From an uncultured Collinsella sp. (GTDB lineage: Bacteria; Actinomycetota; Coriobacteriia; Coriobacteriales; Coriobacteriaceae): DNA of 64,000 nucleotides. Positions 49,261 through 57,621 of this stretch are shown piece after piece. The translations under genes and the position numbers were made by a program. The notes beneath the pieces are model-generated. The model ran no database searches, was not told where the DNA came from, and worked only from the letters and a program-made list of their open reading frames with translations. Location of the stretch: NCBI GenBank assembly GCA_900540895.1, contig UQHV01000014.1, positions 2,856 through 66,855 on the forward strand. The letters are read 5' to 3'. Position 1 is the first letter of the stretch. Every line of letters starts with the position of its first letter.

Positions 49261-50133
49261 GTGAACCGCGATTTCGCCTCATCGCTCATCCAGCTCAACA
49301 ACACGTTCTATCGCGAGCACTCCGCCTCCTTCTCCGATACGCGCCAGGCCCCGTGGCCCGGCTGGGTGCGCACCATGGACATCGCGCTCGGGCAGCTCGA
49401 CGTCGCCACGATCGAGCATCCCGTCCGCGTCTTCGATCTTGCCTGCGGCAATATGCGATTCGAGAATTTTGCCGCCGGCGGCGCACTTGCCGCCAAGGGC
49501 GTCGACGGCGCAAACCCCTCGGCAGATGCCAGCTGCCCGTTTGAGTTCTATGGTGTCGACTCGTGTCAAGATTTGGCTATCGATGCACATGGCCACGCCC
49601 TGCGCATTCCCAACCTGCACTTCCAGGAGCTCGACGTGCTCGACGCCCTCATGAAGCTCAACCCCGCCGAGACGCCCGACGTGCTTTTCGACGCCCCGCT
49701 CGCCGACATCTCGGTCTGCTTTGGCTTTATGCACCACGTGCCGTCGTGCGAGTACCGCGTACGCGTACTCGACGCCCTGGTGCGGCAGACGCGCCCGGGC
49801 GGCATCATCGCCATCAGCTTTTGGGAGTTTATGAACGACGAGCGCATGGCGCGCAAGGCCGTTCGAGCCGAAGCCCGCGCCGAGCTCACCCCGCCGTTTG
49901 AGGGTTACGATTCCGCACAGTTTGAAGCCGGCGACCACCTCATCGGCTGGCAAAACGACCGCCACGCCTACCGCTATTGCCATCACTTTGACGATCAGCA
50001 GATCACCGACCTGGTGCGCGGCGTCCGTACGTTCTACAAGAGCGGCGAGGTCCCCGTGCGCGAGCTTGAGCGCTTCCATGCCGACGGTCGTAGCGGCGAG
50101 CTCAACCGCTATGTGATTCTCAAGCGCCTGTAG
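49261..50133 (+). CDS. Class I SAM-dependent methyltransferase
   Basis: FY..HSASFSDTR..PWPGW, DLACGNMRF, FGFMHHVP, PGG, RYCHHF; GTG 49261 after GGAGGGA. Confidence 0.8.
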   Translation: MNRDFASSLIQLNNTFYREHSASFSDTRQAPWPGWVRTMDIALGQLDVATIEHPVRVFDLACGNMRFENFAAGGALAAKGVDGANPSADASCPFEFYGVDSCQDLAIDAHGHALRIPNLHFQELDVLDALMKLNPAETPDVLFDAPLADISVCFGFMHHVPSCEYRVRVLDALVRQTRPGGIIAISFWEFMNDERMARKAVRAEARAELTPPFEGYDSAQFEAGDHLIGWQNDRHAYRYCHHFDDQQITDLVRGVRTFYKSGEVPVRELERFHADGRSGELNRYVILKRL

Positions 50134-50250
50134 GCACCGACGACTCGCCGCCGAGCCGCACCACATCTTTCGGGCAATCTATGCCCGCCCTTTTCAACCC
50201 ATTGACGGAACGCGCGGCCATGCGTTTCGCATTTATGACCAAGGAGCCTC

Positions 50251-51090
50251 ATGGGAGCCGTCCACGTTCGCACGCCTAAGAACTTTGTGCTCGAGGAGCG
50301 CCTGGAGCGCTACGCCGATGCGATCGAGACGAACCCCGAGGCTTATGCCGGAGATTGGCGCGAGGCTTGCGCGCCAGCTGGCAGCAAGCCCTTCGAACAC
50401 CTTCACCTGGATCTTGGCTGTGGCAAGGGAACCTATCTGGTCGAGCGCGCCCACCGCGAGCCCGACACCCTCTTTATCGGCATGGACCAGGAGCCCATCT
50501 GCATCGCCTATGCCGCGCAGAAAATCTGCGAACAGGGGCTATCCAACGCACTCGTCCTGCCCCGAGGCGCCGCATCGCTGCCACAGCTGTTTGCCGCAGG
50601 CGAGCTCGATGCTATCACCATTAACTTTCCCACGCCGCAGCCCAAGGCCAAGTACGCTAAAAAACGACTCGTCCATGTCGACCATCTGATGCTCTACCGC
50701 CCGCTCTTTTCAGCCGGCGCTACCGTCACGCTGCGCACCGATAGCAAGCCGTTGCGCGATTACGCCCTGGGACAGTTTGCCGCGGCCGGCTACGATACGC
50801 TTTGGGTAAGCGACGACGTCCGCCGCGACCATCCCGAGCACCCCGAGACCGAATATGAATGCCGCACGCGCGAGATGGGTGCCGCCGTCTATGGCATTTG
50901 CGCCACACCCGGCGCGCAGCCCAGCGATGAACAGCTCGCGGCGGGCCGCGCGCAGGAGCAAAGCCTTGCCTGCTACCTGCCCGAAAACCTCGATGCGCTC
51001 ACCTATGTACCTCTGGGCATGGAAGAGGCCGTCGAGAACTTTAGAAACCGCGCCCGCAAAAGCAAGAAGCGCCTGCCGCAGGAGTCCTAG
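50251..51090 (+). CDS. trmB: tRNA (guanine-N7)-methyltransferase
   Basis: LDLGCGKG, INFPTPQPK..YAKKRL, RTD, ETEYE. Confidence 0.85.
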   Translation: MGAVHVRTPKNFVLEERLERYADAIETNPEAYAGDWREACAPAGSKPFEHLHLDLGCGKGTYLVERAHREPDTLFIGMDQEPICIAYAAQKICEQGLSNALVLPRGAASLPQLFAAGELDAITINFPTPQPKAKYAKKRLVHVDHLMLYRPLFSAGATVTLRTDSKPLRDYALGQFAAAGYDTLWVSDDVRRDHPEHPETEYECRTREMGAAVYGICATPGAQPSDEQLAAGRAQEQSLACYLPENLDALTYVPLGMEEAVENFRNRARKSKKRLPQES

Positions 51091-51155
51091 GGGCTTCTGA
51101 TGGTCGCGGCGTCGGCAAACAAGTGAAAATAGTCGTCAGCGAACGACCCTCAAAC

Positions 51156-51278
51156 CTAAGTGAGTAGACTATTTTGCAATAGCCAAGCACAGCCCGCATA
51201 GCGAAACATAAAACCGCAGGTAGAACCCTTGCGCAAAAGCGATGTGCTCGCAATATCGCAAAAAGTCTACTCACTTAG
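51156..51278. mobile_element. 123-bp palindromic element, copy 1 (solo)
   Basis: CTAAGTGAGTAGACT...CCGCAGGTA...AGTCTACTCACTTAG; same length as copies 2 and 3. Mobility is inferred. Confidence 0.75.
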
Positions 51279-51399
51279 CTAGCGACTACACTAAACGGCT
51301 GGGCAGAACGCCCATTTCCTGCATTTTCTCGCGCGCTGGCACCCCACGCCGCCGCTACGCCATAATAGTTGGCGGACAATCGCGAGAGAAAGCAACCAT

Positions 51400-54081
51400 A
51401 TGGCACAGACCACGACAGATACCGCCGCCAGCACCGTCTCCGGCGCCGGCGCTGCCAGCTCATTCTCGGGCGGCACGGGAACCGAAGCCGAGTTTGGCTC
51501 GCTCGGCGCGCTCTCCCCCACCTGGTGGGAGCCCGAGGACGGCAGTGAGCCCGAACCATGGCTCACGCCCGAGCAAGCCTTCGAACGCTTCTTTGAATGG
51601 ACAAGCGATCGCGGCATTGAGCTGTGGGATCACCAAGAAGAGGCCCTCATGGACCTGGCTGCCGGCGATCACGTCATTTTAGGCACACCGACCGGATCGG
51701 GTAAATCGCTCGTCGCGCTGGGCATGCTCTTTATGGGCATGGCACAGGGCAAGCGTTGCTATTACACGGCCCCTATCAAGGCCTTGGTCAGCGAAAAGTT
51801 CTTCGATCTGGTGCAGGTACTCGGCCGCGATAACGTCGGCATGATCACCGGCGATACGCATATCAATACCAAGGCGCCCGTCATCTGCTGCACGGCCGAA
51901 ATCCTTGCCAACGATGCACTGCGCGAGGGCGAGGGCGCCGACGTGGGCTGCGTGGCCATGGACGAGTTCCACTACTTTGCCGACCCCGACCGCGGCTGGG
52001 CCTGGCAGGTGCCGCTGCTCACCCTGCCCCACACGCAGTTTATGCTCATGAGCGCCACGCTCGGCGATGTCACCGCCATCGCCGCCTCACTCGAGGAACA
52101 CACCGGCGCTGCTTGCGACTTGGTTGTCGACGCCCCACGCCCCGTGCCGCTGAGCTACGACTACGTGACGACCTCGCTCGAGGGCACGGTCGAGCTCGCC
52201 ATGCGCCGCGGCGAGGCCCCGCTCTATATCGTGCACTTTAGCCAAGATGCCGCCCTTGCGACGGCACAGTCACTCGCCAATTTTGGCATCGCCAGCAAGG
52301 AGCAGCGCGAGGCCATTAAGGAAGCCGCCAAAGGCACGAGCTTCTCGACGGCCTTTGGCAAGATCCTCAAGCGCTTGCTTGGCTGCGGCGTCGGCGTGCA
52401 CCACGCCGGTATGCTGCCGCGCTATCGTCTGCTGGTCGAGCGCTTGGCGCAGCAGGGCCTGCTGCCTGTCATCTGCGGCACCGATACGCTCGGCGTCGGC
52501 ATCAACGTACCCATCCACACCGTGGTCCTCACCGCGCTCACCAAGTTCGATGGCTACAAGATGCGTCGTCTGCGCGCCCGCGAGTTCCATCAGATTGCCG
52601 GTCGCGCCGGCCGTTCGGGCTTCGATACCGAGGGCATGGTCATCGCCGAGGCCCCGGAGCACGAGATCGAGAACGCCAAGCTCATGGCCAAGGCGGGTGA
52701 CGACCCCAAGAAGCTCCGCAAGATTAAAAAGAAGAAGGCCCCCGAGGGCTTTGTCACCTGGAACAAGCAGACCTTTGAGCGTCTGATTGAGACGCAGCCC
52801 GAGACGCTCAAGCCGCGCCTGCGCATCACGCACTCCATGGTGATTAGCGTGGTCGAGCAGGGCGGCGACGCCCGTGCCCGCGTACACGACCTCATCGAGA
52901 CGAGCCTGCAGACCCCCGAGGAAAAGGCCAAGCTCGAGGTTCGCGCCGATGAAATCTTCGCCACACTCATCGATTCCGGCGTCGTCGTTCGCACCGAGGT
53001 GCCGCCCGCACCCGACGCCCCGACTGACGCCGCACCAGACATTGACTATGCACTGACGGTCGATCTGCCCGAGGACTTTGCGCTCGATCAGCCGCTCTCG
53101 CCGTTCTTGCTTGCCGCGTTGGAGCTGCTCGATCCCGAGAGCGAGACCTATACCATGGATCTGATCTCGATGGTCGAGGCAACGCTCGAGGACCCCAAGC
53201 AGGTGCTGCGCGCACAGGAGCGCGCTGCGCGCGACCGCGCGATGGCCGAAATGAAGGCTGACGGCGTCGAGTATGAGGAGCGCTTGGAGCGCATTCAAGA
53301 CGTCACGTACGAAAAGCCGCTCGAGGATTTGCTCGACGCCGCCTTTGACAAGTACTGCCAGGAAGTGCCCTGGGCAAACGACTATCAGCTCTCTCCCAAG
53401 AGCGTCCTGCGCGACATGTTGGAGAGCGCGAGCGACTTTAAGGGCTATATCCAAAAGCTCGGCATCGCCCGCTCCGAGGGCATTCTGCTGCGCTACCTAG
53501 CCGAGGCCTACCGTTCACTCGACCGCACCGTGCCCATCGAGAAGCGCGACGAGCGCCTGCGCGACATTATCTCGTGGCTGGGCTTTGTGGTGCGCTCGGT
53601 GGACTCGAGCCTGGTGGACGAGTGGGAGAACGCCGGCAACCCGGCAGCCCTCGACGCCGCGCCGCCGCAGGGCATCGACGAGGTCGTGGCGGACCGCCGC
53701 GGCTGCACGCTGTTGGTGCGCAACGCGCTCTTCCGCCGCGTGACCCTTGCCGCTCGCGAGCACGTTCGCGACCTGGGCGAGCTCGACGACGACTGGGGCA
53801 TGAGCGAGATCCGCTGGCAAAAAGCACTCGACGCTTACCACGAGCAGCACGAGGAAATCCTCACCGACGGAGATGCCCGCAGCGCCGCGATGTTTTCCAT
53901 TGACGAGTCCGACGAGAAGACCGCGCACGTATGGCACGTGCACCAGATCTTTGCCGACGAGGATGGCGACCACGACTTTGGCATCATGGGCGATGTCGAT
54001 CTGGACGCCACGCAAGACGGCGGCGAGGTCATCTTCAAAAACTACCGCGTCGGCTTTATCGAGGACCTGCTCGAGGACTAG
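51400..54081 (+). CDS. Ski2-like DEAD/DEAH helicase with DUF3516-type C-terminus
   Basis: PTGSGKS, APIKALVSEKF, MDEFH, MSAT, VHHAGMLP, QIAGRAGR. Confidence 0.9.
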   Translation: MAQTTTDTAASTVSGAGAASSFSGGTGTEAEFGSLGALSPTWWEPEDGSEPEPWLTPEQAFERFFEWTSDRGIELWDHQEEALMDLAAGDHVILGTPTGSGKSLVALGMLFMGMAQGKRCYYTAPIKALVSEKFFDLVQVLGRDNVGMITGDTHINTKAPVICCTAEILANDALREGEGADVGCVAMDEFHYFADPDRGWAWQVPLLTLPHTQFMLMSATLGDVTAIAASLEEHTGAACDLVVDAPRPVPLSYDYVTTSLEGTVELAMRRGEAPLYIVHFSQDAALATAQSLANFGIASKEQREAIKEAAKGTSFSTAFGKILKRLLGCGVGVHHAGMLPRYRLLVERLAQQGLLPVICGTDTLGVGINVPIHTVVLTALTKFDGYKMRRLRAREFHQIAGRAGRSGFDTEGMVIAEAPEHEIENAKLMAKAGDDPKKLRKIKKKKAPEGFVTWNKQTFERLIETQPETLKPRLRITHSMVISVVEQGGDARARVHDLIETSLQTPEEKAKLEVRADEIFATLIDSGVVVRTEVPPAPDAPTDAAPDIDYALTVDLPEDFALDQPLSPFLLAALELLDPESETYTMDLISMVEATLEDPKQVLRAQERAARDRAMAEMKADGVEYEERLERIQDVTYEKPLEDLLDAAFDKYCQEVPWANDYQLSPKSVLRDMLESASDFKGYIQKLGIARSEGILLRYLAEAYRSLDRTVPIEKRDERLRDIISWLGFVVRSVDSSLVDEWENAGNPAALDAAPPQGIDEVVADRRGCTLLVRNALFRRVTLAAREHVRDLGELDDDWGMSEIRWQKALDAYHEQHEEILTDGDARSAAMFSIDESDEKTAHVWHVHQIFADEDGDHDFGIMGDVDLDATQDGGEVIFKNYRVGFIEDLLED

Positions 54082-54102
54082 CCGAACATACTGGAACGAA
54101 AC

Positions 54103-54144
54103 GAAGCGGGGTCGCTGGCAACATCGCCAGCGGCCCCGCTTTTT
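54103..54144. terminator. Terminator between convergent genes
   Basis: AAGCGGGGTCGCTGGC-AACATC-GCCAGCGGCCCCGCTTTTT. Confidence 0.8.
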
Positions 54145-54161
54145 GCGCGATACGCTATCCC

Positions 54162-55919
54162 CTACTCGGTATCCTCGACCTCATACGAATCCGCCTCGGC
54201 TGGCTCATCGTTTGTCTCTGTCGCAGCCCCGCGCGCCTCGTCAAACGCGGCCTTCATGGTCTTGTTGCCCCACGTGAGCTTGCGAATGGTAAGATCGTCG
54301 GCCTTCTTGTTGGCTAGGCGCAGATTGTTCTCGGAGGACAGCAACGCCTCCTTGGTTTTCTGCAGATGGCTAATCGTCTTGTCGATCCCATCAATCGCCG
54401 TTTGGAACTTGCGGCTCGCGATCTCGTAGTTGCGACCGAAATCATTCTTGAACTTTTCCATCTTGGCTTCGAAGTTCGTGACGTCGATATTCTGCTGTTT
54501 GTACTCCGCCAGTTCCTGCTTATAGCGCAGCGAACCCATGGCGGCGTTGCGAAGAAGCGTGATCATGGGAATAAAGAACTGTGGGCGAATCACGTACATC
54601 TTCTCGTAGCGATAGCTCACGTCCACGATGCCGGCGTTGTAAAGCTCGCTCTCGGGTTCGAGCAACGTGCAGAGCACCGCGTACTCGCAGCCCTTTTGGC
54701 GGCGATCGTGGTCGAGTTTCTTAAAGAAGTCCTCGTTCTTGTGCTTGGTCGCGGTCTCATCGTTCTCGTTTTTCATCTCGAACATAATCGAAATGACCTC
54801 GTTACCGCTTGCGTCGCACTCGCGGAAGATAAAGTCGCCCTTGGTGCCCTCGGACGCATCGTTATCCTTCTCGAAGTACGCGTTGGGAAACGCCGTCATG
54901 CGCAGGCGATTGAACTCGGTCTCGCAGTGCTGCTCGAGCGACTCGCCCACCATCTTGGTGGACAGGCGTACCTTCATGTCCTTAAGACGCTCAATCTCTT
55001 CGTCCTTGTAGCGAATCAGGTCATCGCTCGCGCGCTTGGCCTGCGCGAGCTCGAGCTCATGCGCCGCCTTGACCTGTTCCTCGCGAGAATCGCGCACCGC
55101 CAGCTCGCTCGTCAGCTTGGCACGTGCCTCATCGCGCTCTCGTTCCGCCGCGGCGACCGCCTTCGACAGCTCCATTTTTGCAGAAAGTTCTTGCTCACGA
55201 AGCTGTGCACGAAGGCCCTCGGCCTCGCGCTCGGACTGAGTCTTAGCATTCGAGAACTTCTCACGCACTTCTGTCTGGTAATCGGAAAGCTTACGATTCG
55301 CTTCGTTTTGCGCAGCCTCGAGCTTACGCTGCGCCTCGGCCGCAGCAGTTGCGAGTGCCATTTCTTGAGCCTTATCTGCGGCGGCAAGCTTTGCCTGCAA
55401 CTCCGCAATCTGAGCATCGCGCGCGGCGAGGTCATTTTGAGTCGCATTGCGTACCGCGGCTTCGGCAAGCTTTGCTTCGTCATCTTTGCGCCCAAGCTGC
55501 GCACGCAGGCTATCGATCTCGCGCTGCAGCTCGGCATTCTCCTTTTGAGCATCGGCACGGGCCTCAACCGCCGCGCGCTGGCTTGCACTCTCGCGCTCTG
55601 CGGCAGCGCCCTCAAGCTTGGCACGCAGCTCGGCAAGCTCGGCATCGCGCTTGGCGACTTCTTGTGCCAGCTGCTGAGCTGCAGCGTTCTTCTGCTCGAC
55701 AAGCTGAGCGTTGCGCTGAGACTCTGCCTTTTGCAAGGCAGCCGTCGAACGCGAGCGCTCAAGCTCCAGCGCCTGCTCGCCCTCGCGCTGGACTGCCTTC
55801 ACACGCTCGTCCAGGTCGCGCGAAAACTCGGCATCGCGTACTTGCTTGACGATATCCGCATAGCCGGACGCATCGACCTTAAAAACTTCGCCGCAATGCG
55901 GGCACTTAATCTCGTTCAT
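54162..55919 (-). CDS. DUF2130 coiled-coil protein with RmuC-like/PD-(D/E)XK-like C-terminal region
   Basis: IKCPHCG, long coiled coil, [23 protein letters not shown]. Confidence 0.85.
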   Translation of the reverse strand: MNEIKCPHCGEVFKVDASGYADIVKQVRDAEFSRDLDERVKAVQREGEQALELERSRSTAALQKAESQRNAQLVEQKNAAAQQLAQEVAKRDAELAELRAKLEGAAAERESASQRAAVEARADAQKENAELQREIDSLRAQLGRKDDEAKLAEAAVRNATQNDLAARDAQIAELQAKLAAADKAQEMALATAAAEAQRKLEAAQNEANRKLSDYQTEVREKFSNAKTQSEREAEGLRAQLREQELSAKMELSKAVAAAERERDEARAKLTSELAVRDSREEQVKAAHELELAQAKRASDDLIRYKDEEIERLKDMKVRLSTKMVGESLEQHCETEFNRLRMTAFPNAYFEKDNDASEGTKGDFIFRECDASGNEVISIMFEMKNENDETATKHKNEDFFKKLDHDRRQKGCEYAVLCTLLEPESELYNAGIVDVSYRYEKMYVIRPQFFIPMITLLRNAAMGSLRYKQELAEYKQQNIDVTNFEAKMEKFKNDFGRNYEIASRKFQTAIDGIDKTISHLQKTKEALLSSENNLRLANKKADDLTIRKLTWGNKTMKAAFDEARGAATETNDEPAEADSYEVEDTE

Positions 55920-55956
55920 AGCAGCTCCTCGATGGACGCAAATTTCGACCGCCTAC

Positions 55957-55978
55957 ACTCTACCGCGCCGCACGGACA
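55957..55978 (-). promoter_or_regulatory. Putative promoter motif TGTCCG-N10-TAGAGT
   Basis: About 38 nt upstream of the DUF2130 start; matches two other sites in the window. Confidence 0.6.
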
Positions 55979-56006
55979 AAAAAGGCGCCGCTGCCATAAT
56001 GGCAAC

Positions 56007-56059
56007 GGCGCCAGAGCCACCACAAAGGTGCCTGTCCCCTTTGTGGTGGCTCTGGCGCC
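56007..56059. repeat. Perfect 22-bp hairpin with CCTGTCCC core (REP-like)
   Basis: GGCGCCAGAGCCACCACAAAGG-TGCCTGTCC-CCTTTGTGGTGGCTCTGGCGCC. Confidence 0.7.
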
Positions 56060-56605
56060 CTATAACCCAAAGAAGCTAAGAATCTGATCACGGCTTACGG
56101 GCTTGTACTCGTTGGCATCGAGACCGACATCGTAGCGAAAGATAGGGCGCTCGCGATCGCGGTTGCGCACGTTGGTGCGGTCTCCCCTGCTGTGGATATG
56201 CCCGTGCAGCATGACGGCGCCACGCGCCTTGCCGTTCCAGCTGAGCATGGGGTAGTGGCTCATAACCAGACGATGGCCCTTGGCATAGCCGGGAGCAATC
56301 TCCAGGTAATCGCGCACGTCTTCCCAAATCCGCGGTACGTCGGAATCTTCCCAGTCGCCGTCATGGTTACCGCGGATGAGCGTCACGTTCTGGCATTCGA
56401 TACGCTCGCGCAGGCGCACCGCCTCCGCCAGGGGCAAACGATAGGTAAAGTCACCCAGAATATAGAGGCGGTCGTCCGCAGCCACGCACTCATTGATGGC
56501 ATCGATGACCTTGCGGTTCATCTCCTCGACCGAGCCAAACGGCCGGTCCATGTCGTGCAAGATATTCGTATCGCCCAGGTGCAAGTCGGCGGTAAACCAC
56601 ATCAT
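56060..56605 (-). CDS. Calcineurin-like metallophosphoesterase
   Basis: ADLHLG, LGD, GNHD, SHYP, LHGHIH, DVG.D. Confidence 0.88.
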   Translation of the reverse strand: MMWFTADLHLGDTNILHDMDRPFGSVEEMNRKVIDAINECVAADDRLYILGDFTYRLPLAEAVRLRERIECQNVTLIRGNHDGDWEDSDVPRIWEDVRDYLEIAPGYAKGHRLVMSHYPMLSWNGKARGAVMLHGHIHSRGDRTNVRNRDRERPIFRYDVGLDANEYKPVSRDQILSFFGL

Positions 56606-56671
56606 CGTCTGTGTCCTCATTTCGCAACGTGTTCAACTCGTGCTAAGTATACAGACGCAGCGATGCGGCGG

Positions 56672-56851
56672 TTATCCAAAGAGCCCGCCGAACAGTCCGC
56701 GGCGGCGTTTGTCTTGCTTTTTCGAAGCGTCACTCTGAGTTTTCTTGTCCTGCCGTTTCTTACGATCCTGCTCCAACTCATCGTCGTCGAGTAGCAGATC
56801 CCACTCAAACGGATCGTCTGTCAGATCGAACTGGTCGTCGTCATCAAACAT
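56672..56851 (-). CDS. Small acidic/basic hypothetical protein (59 aa)
   Basis: GGAGG RBS before ATG 56851; fills the gap between the HIRAN and phosphoesterase genes. Confidence 0.6.
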   Translation of the reverse strand: MFDDDDQFDLTDDPFEWDLLLDDDELEQDRKKRQDKKTQSDASKKQDKRRRGLFGGLFG

Positions 56852-56869
56852 GGCCGCCTCCATTGCCGA

Positions 56870-57196
56870 CTAGCGGGCATCCACCACATAGAGGCCAACG
56901 CGCACCTGGTGCCACGGGCTGCGCTCGGGGGCAACCTGTTGCACGCGGGCCTCAAATACGTCCTCGTGGCCGTAATACATCATCAAGGACAGCGGGCCGA
57001 CCTCGTTTCCCGGAACGTAGCCAAGTTTGGTCTTGCCATAGTAGATCGCAACTGCCTCGGGGTCATGGGGATTATCGCGCTCGGCACACAGCGTCAGCTT
57101 ATCGCCCGCTTTAAGATCGCCCAGGACCAAGGCGCCATCGGCATACTGAAATCCTGCAATGTGAAATGACAGAAGAACACGTGAAGGCTCGTACAT
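56870..57196 (-). CDS. Stand-alone HIRAN domain protein
   Basis: IAGFQY, L.L..ERDNPHDPEAVAI, KLGYVP. Confidence 0.9.
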   Translation of the reverse strand: MYEPSRVLLSFHIAGFQYADGALVLGDLKAGDKLTLCAERDNPHDPEAVAIYYGKTKLGYVPGNEVGPLSLMMYYGHEDVFEARVQQVAPERSPWHQVRVGLYVVDAR

Positions 57197-57244
57197 AGCA
57201 GCTCCTCTAACGGCCGGATAAACCGGTGTGTAACCTTATTGAGA

Positions 57245-57266
57245 AGTCTACGGTCCCGCGCGGACA
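57245..57266 (-). promoter_or_regulatory. Putative promoter motif TGTCCG-N10-TAGACT
   Basis: About 49 nt upstream of the HIRAN start; matches two other sites in the window. Confidence 0.6.
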
Positions 57267-57344
57267 CAAATACATCCTGTCTGCGTCCTTCAATCGTTTG
57301 CCTCAACGCTTGCGCGACAGAACGCTTGCAGATAAGATAGGAAC

Positions 57345-57442
57345 ACGGATGGCACCCGTTGCCGCGGGTCTTGCCAACTCCGATACACGTTTTCATCGTG
57401 AGAAGTGGCCGTCTTCGCTTACGCGGGGGCGGCTATTTCATT
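57345..57442 (+). ncRNA. Putative antisense antitoxin RNA (ends approximate)
   Basis: TTGCGC-N17-TAAGAT promoter at 57310-57338; terminal 14-bp stem 57402-57439 with five G.U pairs that form only on the + strand; overlaps the toxin stop codon and 3' UTR. Confidence 0.6.
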
Positions 57443-57516
57443 CGGCCGATAAACAGACCGAGTTCGATAGCCGCAATCAACAACGCCAATAACGAAATAA
57501 CATCGCTTACGTTCAT
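57433..57516 (-). CDS. Putative type I toxin peptide (27 aa)
   Basis: MNVSDVISLLALLIAAIELGLFIGRMK*: one TM helix with a basic end. SD GAAGGGA is sequestered in TCCCTT-TAG-AAGGGA; stop context AAATAGCCGCCC. Confidence 0.75.
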   Translation of the reverse strand: MNVSDVISLLALLIAAIELGLFIGRMK

Positions 57517-57579
57517 ACCAAATCCCTTCTAAAGGGAGTTGGCCCATCCGTGCTCCATAACAGTAGTCTAACGCAAAAT

Positions 57580-57613
57580 GCAGGTAATAGGAACACTTGT
57601 TCGTATTACCTGC
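57580..57613. promoter_or_regulatory. LexA-like box (GAAC-ACTT-GTTC, 57591-57602) within a GCAGGTAATA/TATTACCTGC palindrome
   Basis: Overlaps the expected -35 of the toxin promoter (-10 TAGACT at 57570-57565); may double as the ALDH terminator. Confidence 0.55.
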
Positions 57614-57621
57614 GCCCTTTT

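Noticed and set aside
55000..55800. Apparent repetitiveness in the DUF2130 gene
   Set aside because: Explained by Ala/Glu/Gln/Lys-rich coiled-coil coding; no discrete DNA repeat.
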